In this document: positions 18,663 to 24,188 of the stretch, one piece after another | Layout of the letters: each line of letters opens with the position of its first letter | Position numbering within the stretch: position 1 is the stretch's first letter | Origin: Polyangiaceae bacterium | GTDB lineage: Bacteria > Myxococcota_A > Polyangia > Polyangiales > Polyangiaceae | Length of the DNA: 24,188 nucleotides | Direction: 5' to 3' | Assembly: GCA_035762175.1 (NCBI GenBank) | Contig: DASTPP010000381.1 | Span: forward strand, 1 to 24,188 | Made by a program: the position numbers and the translations under genes | The notes under the pieces: model-generated | Told to the model about the DNA's origin: nothing | What the model saw: only the letters and a program-made list of their open reading frames with translations | Database searches by the model: none

Positions 18663-19045
18663 GGCCGCCCTGCGTCGGCGTGCGGCTTTTTTCTGCGGCG
18701 TTCGTGAGCGCGCGGCCGGTCGGCGGTCGCGTCGCGGCCTTTCGCGAAGGGCGAGAGAGGGGGGGGCAAGCCAGTGGGTTCGACAGAACGAGAGCGTCGG
18801 GCGGGCGGGCACCGAGGGCGGTCTCGGCGTACCGCCCGACCTCGGCCGGCGCGAGCGCCTCGGGGGGGCCGGCCCCTTCGAGCCGGCGTCGTCCGCATCG
18901 CGCGCACACCGCCTTTTGCTTGCTTTCCATGTCACCTCGCCGCCGCGAGCCCGTCGCTCGCCACCAGGCCCCTTCGCGCCGCTCGCCGAGCGGCCACGAG
19001 GGGGCCGCGCCCGGCCGGGCCCATCACCACCGAGGAGGTTCGATC

Positions 19046-20029
19046 ATGACCATCCGCTGGCACAATCTCGCGCTCGTTTTGCCCCTCGCGACCGCCTGCG
19101 CCATGGCGGGTCCGAGCGAGCCCGACCCGGCCGAGGGGGGGGCCGAGGGCGCCGTGGTCGACGACGACCTCTCGCTCCACGGCATCGCCACCAACGGCGC
19201 CTCGCTCAACGGCATCGCCACCAACGGCGTCTCGCTCAACGGCATCGCCACCAACGGCGTCTCGCTCCACGGCATCGCCACCAACGGCGTCACCCTCAGC
19301 ACCGTGACCGTCGAACAGAGCGAGCTGGTCGCCCATGGCCCCGACGGCGCTCGCTACGACGGCACGGGGCTGGTCGGCGCCGAGGTGCTCGGCTCCCTGG
19401 CCTCCGGCACCAGCGTGTCGATTCGCATCGACTCGGCGCGCCAAGCCGACGGGGTGTGGTTCTACGCGGCCAGCTACGCCTCGGGCTCGAGCTGGCAGCC
19501 GCTCTGCCTGCCCTACGCCGGCGCCGCCGGCGAGGCGATCGCGCTCGATGGCCGGTGGAACACGAACGAGGGCAAGCCCGGCGGCGGGTCGTGGACCGCC
19601 GACCCGACGACGTTCACGTTCGCGTGCCGCGGCTCGGCGCTCGCCAAGTGCGTCGAGCTCGGGTACAAGCCCTGGGCCTCGGCCGGGGGCGTGTCGCTGC
19701 GCGGGCACCACCAGGCCTGTACGCGCCTCTTGCGCGCCGACTACTGCGGCGACGGCACGCCGTGGACGACCGACGGCGTGACCGTCAACCTCTACGACGC
19801 CGTGGGCGTGCAGGCCGACACCGAGTCGTGGTCCATCGAAGCCGAGTGGGGGCCCGACGGCGCGCGCGCCATCTCCGTCCCCGCCCGGCAGCGCTTCTTG
19901 AACGCGGGCGGGCCGGTCCCACCCTGTTTTGCTTCGAAGGTTTCGATGTCCGCCGGCGCCCCGGGGCACTTCTCGACCGGCTCGCTCGTGATGAGTGAAA
20001 CCCTCTCGCACCCCTCCCCCGTCCAGTGA
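19046..20029 (+). CDS. ADYC-motif domain lipoprotein with N-terminal decapeptide (double pentapeptide) repeats
   Basis: Frame of ORF 18680..20029. The ATG at 19046 is preceded by GAGGAGG (19032-19038). Signal plus lipobox LPLATAC. Four repeats of SL(H/N)GIATNG(A/V). Cys-rich C-terminal domain containing RADYCGDG, which resembles what I recall NCBI labelling as ADYC domain proteins of myxobacteria. Confidence 0.8.
   Translation: MTIRWHNLALVLPLATACAMAGPSEPDPAEGGAEGAVVDDDLSLHGIATNGASLNGIATNGVSLNGIATNGVSLHGIATNGVTLSTVTVEQSELVAHGPDGARYDGTGLVGAEVLGSLASGTSVSIRIDSARQADGVWFYAASYASGSSWQPLCLPYAGAAGEAIALDGRWNTNEGKPGGGSWTADPTTFTFACRGSALAKCVELGYKPWASAGGVSLRGHHQACTRLLRADYCGDGTPWTTDGVTVNLYDAVGVQADTESWSIEAEWGPDGARAISVPARQRFLNAGGPVPPCFASKVSMSAGAPGHFSTGSLVMSETLSHPSPVQ
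19171..19290 (+). repeat. 4 x 30-nt near-perfect tandem repeat inside the ADYC lipoprotein gene
   Basis: CTCGCTC(C/A)ACGGCATCGCCACCAACGGCG(C/T) starts at 19171, 19201, 19231 and 19261. It encodes SL(H/N)GIATNG(A/V). Confidence 0.95.
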
Positions 20030-20351
20030 CGAGAGCGGCCCCGGGCGTCTCCGCGCGAGGGGCCGCCCGGCGGCGGGGTCGCGGCGCTGGCGGCGGCGAG
20101 CGGGTCGCCCGTCGGCTTCGGCCGGGCGCTCGCGCTCCTTCGCCCCTACCTCGAGGCGCTCGCATGACTCGCCCAGGGCGTCTGCTCGGCGCCCGTCGAA
20201 GACGACGGGCTCGTCTTCGATCCGGCCGCGGTGGCGGCCGAGCGCATCAAAGAAGACGCCCGCGTCGAACGTGCGCCAGCGCTCGGCGCCGTCGCGGGGG
20301 CCGCCGTCGAGCGGACGCTCGGTCGGGGGCAGAGGCGAGGAGACACTCTGG

Positions 20352-20397
20352 CTGAAAACGAAAGCGCCCCCGCGCCGCGATCGCGACGGGGGCGCTT
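20352..20397 (-). terminator. Rho-independent terminator of the protease gene
   Basis: The 11-bp perfect stem at 20362-20372 pairs with 20387-20397 (AAGCGCCCCCG / CGGGGGCGCTT), with a 14-nt loop. On the minus-strand transcript it is followed by UCGUUUUC (20352-20361). It begins 23 nt after the stop at 20420-20422. Confidence 0.6.
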
Positions 20398-20419
20398 GGG
20401 GCCGAGCGCTCGGGTTCGA

Positions 20420-21454
20420 TCAGCCGCAGATCTGGACCTTGTCGGCGCAGCAGTCGCCGAACTGGGAGCAGGAGCTATCGCACTGGCAGGGCAGCGACGC
20501 GTTGAAGTTGCCGCAGCGGCCGACGCAGCTGTTGGTCGACGGCGGAGGCGGAGGCGGAGGCGGCGGCGGGGGCGGCGGCGGCGGCGGCGGCGTGGTGGTG
20601 CTAAGAACGTTCGACACCGCGCGGATGCGCGAGATCCGCATGCCCGAGTTGGTGCCGCCGCTGGCCGTGCAGCCGCCGTTCGTGTGCACACCGGCGACGC
20701 TGCCGGCCGAGTCGAGAATGGCCGAGCCCGAATTGCCGCCGAGCGTGTCGAGGTTACCATAGCGAATACTGTTGCCTGAAATGCTCGAGACGGTGCCCGC
20801 CTCGATCTGCTTCGGCTTGCCCTCGGGGTGGCCGATGATGGTGATGGCGGCGCCGGTGGCCGGGTCGGTCTGGCGCACGGGCAGGACGCCGAAGGTCGCC
20901 CCCGGGTTACCCTCGAGGCGGAGGATGGCGTAGTCGAGGCCGCCGAGGCCGTCTTCGAGAACCTGGCTAATGCGAAAGTGGCTTTGCGCCAGCAGCGTCG
21001 TGCTGCCGGCGGCCTTCTCGAAGTTGAACGAGACGAACTGGCCGACGGTGGTCGAGTCGACACAGTGGCCCGCCGTGAGAAAGAGGTCGTTCGCAATGAG
21101 CGCGCCCGAGCAGAACTTGCTCGAGTTGTCGGCGTTGGTGGTTTCGAGGGCGCCGACGGGGCGCTTGTTGCTTTGCACGAAGGCGACCGAAGGCCCGAGG
21201 GTGCCGTCATAGTCGTTGACATGTTGGGCGTCGTTGGTCGGGCCGCAGATCGACGGGTCTTTGTTCTCGGCGACGTCGCCTGAGTCGCCCGCGTCTGCCT
21301 GCTCGGCGCACGCGACGGCGAGCAGCGAGAGCCCCGTGGCCGCGAATGCCAGCGCCACCCTTCGGTGGCCGCGGGGGGTCGACAACGTGGAAGCCTTGGG
21401 CAGTCGCTCATTCTCTTGAGTCATGTCGGCACCCGAATCTCTTGGCCGCGCCAT
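20420..21454 (-). CDS. Trypsin-like (S1 family) serine protease lipoprotein with poly-proline linker and C-terminal somatomedin-B-like domain
   Basis: ORF 20420..21454 (alternative ATG at 21424, MTQENE...). Signal plus lipobox LLAVAC. Catalytic motifs LTAGHC (His), LDYAIL (Asp), GGNSGSA (Ser). A run of 17 Pro. The C-terminus SCVGRCGNFNASLPCQCDSSCSQFGDCCADKVQIC has 8 Cys. Confidence 0.85.
   Translation of the reverse strand: MARPRDSGADMTQENERLPKASTLSTPRGHRRVALAFAATGLSLLAVACAEQADAGDSGDVAENKDPSICGPTNDAQHVNDYDGTLGPSVAFVQSNKRPVGALETTNADNSSKFCSGALIANDLFLTAGHCVDSTTVGQFVSFNFEKAAGSTTLLAQSHFRISQVLEDGLGGLDYAILRLEGNPGATFGVLPVRQTDPATGAAITIIGHPEGKPKQIEAGTVSSISGNSIRYGNLDTLGGNSGSAILDSAGSVAGVHTNGGCTASGGTNSGMRISRIRAVSNVLSTTTPPPPPPPPPPPPPPPPPSTNSCVGRCGNFNASLPCQCDSSCSQFGDCCADKVQICG
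20540..20590 (-). repeat. (CCN)17 trinucleotide tract encoding Pro17 in the protease gene
   Basis: The plus strand reads GGCGGAGGCGGAGGCGGAGGCGGCGGCGGGGGCGGCGGCGGCGGCGGCGGCGG. The minus-strand translation is TTTPPPPPPPPPPPPPPPPPST. Confidence 0.9.
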
Positions 21455-21516
21455 GCGACCCGGACGTATTTACCCGATACGAGGCAAAGCACAACCCGGT
21501 TAATGTATGAGATAAG

Positions 21517-21557
21517 CGTTCTTTTTTTGAACTCGAACCGTTCTCTTTTTGAACTCG
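21517..21557. promoter_or_regulatory. Two tandem 19-bp sites CGTTCTYTTTTTGAACTCG (GTTC-N7-GAAC), 22-bp period, in a divergent intergenic region
   Basis: Copies at 21517-21535 and 21539-21557 (18/19 identical). Each holds the inverted half-sites GTTC/GAAC around a T-tract. They lie in the AT-rich gap upstream of the minus-strand protease gene. Confidence 0.35.
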
Positions 21558-22134
21558 TCGCCCGCCGCCCGCAGCGGCACGAAAAACATGCGCCCTGGCA
21601 GCACGAAAGGCCCCCCCACGGAAGCCCGCCGCCGTAGCGGGCCGCCCCGAGCGTCGCCTCGCGATCGCAGCATCGTCCGGTGCCTCACGGCTCCGGGCCC
21701 GAACCTTCGGTACTTAACGGCCTTTTCCAGTGCCGACGGACCGCTCGTCCGATGCGGCTACCCGGCCCCACCTCGCCGGCTGCAGTCCCGCCCGCACGGA
21801 CGAGTAGGCAAACCAGCCGGGGCTCGTTGGGGCGCCCGCGCGTCGGCCCGCGCGTCGGCCCGGGCGCCGCGCCGCGCGCCCCTTCTGCTGATGATGAAAA
21901 ATGCCACCGAATGCCGCACCTCATCATTCGCCCCGAGGTCGGGCCGCTGCTCTTCGAGCACGCCGCGGCTCGGGCGGTGCCCGACGGGGCGCCGGAGGCC
22001 GCGGGGGCGGCTACGACGCCCGCCGAGCGAGGCGGGCGGACCGGGGGCCGGGGCAACCGGCGGCGAGCGGAGGCGCCGCGCCGGCGCGCGAACGCGCTCG
22101 CCGTCAGGCCCGAGCGGCGGAAGGCGGCGAGGAC

Positions 22135-22890
22135 GTGCAGCCCGGCGTGCCCGACCGAAAGGGCACGGTCGGCGTCGGCAGCAAGCGCTTCGGCGTCGCG
22201 GGCCAGAAGCTGCTCGAGCCCGACCAAGACGCGACCACCCACGATTTCATCTTTCAGGACCACGACGTCTTCTTCGTCGATACCGCGCGCGACCTGTGCG
22301 AGTTCACCCGCCAGTCGCTGCACGGGCGGGCCGACGAGTATTTCGACAAGCACCCGAAGACGAAGCAAACCCCCGACGCGATGGCGAACGACGTGCCCTC
22401 GGCGCTGGGCTCGCCCTCCTGGGGCGTGCTGCCCTTTCGCTTCGGCGCCGGCCGCGACGGGAAACACAAGCTCGAGCCGGTCGAGCCGCTGCCGCCGGGC
22501 GAACCGCCCGACGACGGCGACAGCTCGCAGGACGCAGTTCAACGGGCCCCGGCTTCGAGCCCCGGCAGAGCTGCCCGGCTTGCTGGTGAGCTTGGGGCGG
22601 CGCGTCCGCGCGTGCGTCGATCGCGGCGGCGAAGGGGTCTGTGCGAACGTCGCGCTCGACGGAGGCGCGAGCCGCCGGGCATTCGAGGCGGCCGGGCGAG
22701 GGCGGCCGGCCTCGCCTCGTCAGGGGGTGAGCAGGGGTTGAAACGGCCCTTCGCCGCGCCCGCTTCGCCCCCCCGAGCTGAAGCAAGGCTTGTGCTAGGG
22801 CAGAGACAGAGGTGCACTTCCTACCTCCTGCGAGCGTCGCCGCTGGGCCGGAGACGACTATCCGAAGTGGAGGGGCTCGGGTATCTTTGA
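22135..22890 (+). CDS. Hypothetical protein (coding core about 22115-22540; start and 3' end uncertain, possibly frameshifted)
   Basis: Frame of ORF 21901..22890. Only the segment ...DVQPGVPDRKGTVGVGSKRFGVAGQKLLEPDQDATTHDFIFQDHDVFFVDTARDLCEFTRQSLHGRADEYFDKHPKTKQTPDAMANDVPSALGSPSWGVLPFRFGAGRDGKHKLEPVEPL has protein-like composition and high GC3. In-frame GTGs at 22135 and 22147. After about 22540 the high GC3 moves to the frame that stops at 22741. Confidence 0.35.
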   Translation: MQPGVPDRKGTVGVGSKRFGVAGQKLLEPDQDATTHDFIFQDHDVFFVDTARDLCEFTRQSLHGRADEYFDKHPKTKQTPDAMANDVPSALGSPSWGVLPFRFGAGRDGKHKLEPVEPLPPGEPPDDGDSSQDAVQRAPASSPGRAARLAGELGAARPRVRRSRRRRGLCERRARRRREPPGIRGGRARAAGLASSGGEQGLKRPFAAPASPPRAEARLVLGQRQRCTSYLLRASPLGRRRLSEVEGLGYL

Positions 22891-23024
22891 CTGGTTCCCG
22901 AAAGGGTACGAACCATGCAGGCCCGTGAATCGGCCGCGCCTCGCGAGATTCGTTTCTCATCGATGACGGCCCGTCAGGCGCACGCGGCCCCCTGCGCCGA
23001 ACCCTCGCCGCGAAAGAAGCTCCC

Positions 23025-24188
23025 ATGTCCAAGACCCGCGCCCCCTTCATCCCGCGCCGCCGCCTGCCCCGCCCCCGCCTCGTATCTCGCCCGGCCCCCG
23101 GGGGCGCGCTGCCGTTCGACCGCCGGTCCTTTCTGGGCTCGTTGCTCGCCGGGGCCGCGCTCGCGGCGGTGGGTTGCGACAAAGATGACCCCCCCGCCGC
23201 GACGACGCCGTCCTCGCGGGGCGTGTCGATCGCCGAGGTCCGCGCGGGCGAAGACCTGTTCGGGTACGTCGTCCGGGTGCGCGGCGGGCACGACGAGGCG
23301 CTCTACAAGGCCATCCTCGGGGCCGCCAACGAGTACAAAGAGGGCGACGAGGCGCTCGGCATTCACGCGCTCGACCAGGCGACGCGCGACAACGCGCGGG
23401 CCTTGCTCGGCAACACCCGGCTCGGCGATCTGCGGGCGCACCCCCTGCACCGCGACGCCGTGCTCGCGCTCATCGAGGGCGCGGTCGACGAGGGCGCGGC
23501 CGCGCGGGTCGCCGGGTGGACGATGGCCGAGCTGCGCGAGTTTCTCTTGCGCGAAGACGAGCCGGCGATCAAGGCCGTCATGGTCGGCCTGTCGAGCGAG
23601 ATCATCGGCATGATCGTCAAGCTCATGACCAACGATGAGCTCATCGCGGTCAGCCGCAAGGTGTTCAACCCCTTGCCCGGCTCCAACATCGGCGCGCGCG
23701 GCTACCTGGGCGCTCGCATTCAGCCGAACTCGCCCACCGACAACGTCGACGACATCGTCTGGCAGGTGTTCTCCGGCTGGTCCTACGCGGTCGGCGACGT
23801 GGTGCTCGGCAACAACCCGGTCTCGAGCGAGGTCGACAGCGTGGCGGCGATCGAGCTCGCCCTGAAAGATGTGCTCGTCACCTTCGGGCTACAAGACACC
23901 CTGCCGCACTGCGTGCTCGCCCACATCGACGTGCAGGCCGCGGCCGAGGGCGAGTACCCCGGCTCGACCGCGCTCTGGTTCCAGAGCCTGGGCTCGACCG
24001 ACGACGCCAACGCCACCTTCGACGTGAGCGTCGACAAGATGCTCGCCCACGCGGCCCAGCGCGGCGGCAAGTTCGGGCTCTACTTCGAGACCGGCCAGGG
24101 CGCCGACGCCACCAACGGCCACGGCGCCGGCTTCGACATGGTCGTGCACGAGGCGCGCAAGTACGGCTTCGCCCGCGCGCTGACCGGC
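23025..24188 (+). CDS. eutB: Ethanolamine ammonia-lyase large subunit (EutB), 3'-truncated by window end, with N-terminal Tat-lipoprotein-type signal
   Basis: Open frame from the ATG at 23025 to the window end, so it is not in the ORF track (no stop). EutB-typical blocks: ARIQPNSPTDNVDDI, YAVGDVVLGNNPVS, CVLAHIDVQ, LYFETGQGADATNG, VHEARKYGFARAL. The N-terminal extension contains FDRRSFLGSLLAGAALAAVGC. Confidence 0.9.
   Translation, partial: MSKTRAPFIPRRRLPRPRLVSRPAPGGALPFDRRSFLGSLLAGAALAAVGCDKDDPPAATTPSSRGVSIAEVRAGEDLFGYVVRVRGGHDEALYKAILGAANEYKEGDEALGIHALDQATRDNARALLGNTRLGDLRAHPLHRDAVLALIEGAVDEGAAARVAGWTMAELREFLLREDEPAIKAVMVGLSSEIIGMIVKLMTNDELIAVSRKVFNPLPGSNIGARGYLGARIQPNSPTDNVDDIVWQVFSGWSYAVGDVVLGNNPVSSEVDSVAAIELALKDVLVTFGLQDTLPHCVLAHIDVQAAAEGEYPGSTALWFQSLGSTDDANATFDVSVDKMLAHAAQRGGKFGLYFETGQGADATNGHGAGFDMVVHEARKYGFARALTG

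Noticed and set aside
20035-20066. Hairpin GCGGCCCC-N16-GGGGCCGC just after the ADYC gene stop, as a terminator
   Set aside because: It has an 8-bp stem but no U-tract follows (CCGGCGGCGG). It may still act as a terminator in a GC-rich host, but the sequence alone does not support the call.
20146-21411. ORFs 20146..21411 (-, 421 aa), 20231..20779 (+) and 19995..20762 (+) around the protease gene
   Set aside because: They are out-of-frame or antisense to the protease CDS, with Ser/Arg/Pro/Ala-rich or poly-Gly/Arg translations caused by the (GGN)17 tract. The 20420..21454 frame has the catalytic triad and the SMB module.
21685-22542. 285-aa minus-strand ORF opposite the hypothetical gene
   Set aside because: It is the codon-aligned antisense of the plus-strand frame. 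Its composition (Arg/Val/Leu/Ala/Gly-rich) is much less protein-like than the plus-strand FIFQDHDVFFVDTARDLCEF... segment.

Overview
The window is very GC-rich and looks myxobacterial (an ADYC-type lipoprotein, Tat/lipobox signals, many spurious long ORFs in all six frames). I support 16 protein-coding genes, one weak coding call, two gene remnants, two terminator-like hairpins and several repeat families. The main feature is a co-directional five-gene RiPP cluster at 6353-12197. It encodes a 61-aa precursor with a canonical double-glycine leader (LSKDELDAISGG) and a 20-aa core rich in Thr/Ser/Lys and Asp/Glu. This is followed by an MdnC/MvdD-like ATP-grasp ligase, two HlyD-type adaptors and a C39-peptidase ABC exporter (PCAT). 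It looks like a graspetide (omega-ester/amide peptide) pathway in which leader removal is coupled to export. A degraded IS630-like remnant sits at its 3' edge, and unusual palindromes and tandem repeats sit at its 5' side and in the precursor-ligase spacer. Other genes: a BNR/Asp-box propeller, a GAF-GAF-STAS signalling protein, two secreted proteins or lipoproteins, an IorAB-type molybdenum hydroxylase pair, and an NmrA-like protein. There is also an ADYC lipoprotein with 4x30-nt repeats, an S1 protease with a poly-Pro linker and a somatomedin-B-like C-terminus, and a 3'-truncated EutB with an unexpected Tat-lipoprotein signal. A GH97 fragment lies at 15.16-15.44 kb. A 2.3-kb gene-free, lower-GC, repeat- and hairpin-dense region spans 16.7-19.0 kb. 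All calls come from reading the sequence and ORF track; no database search was run.
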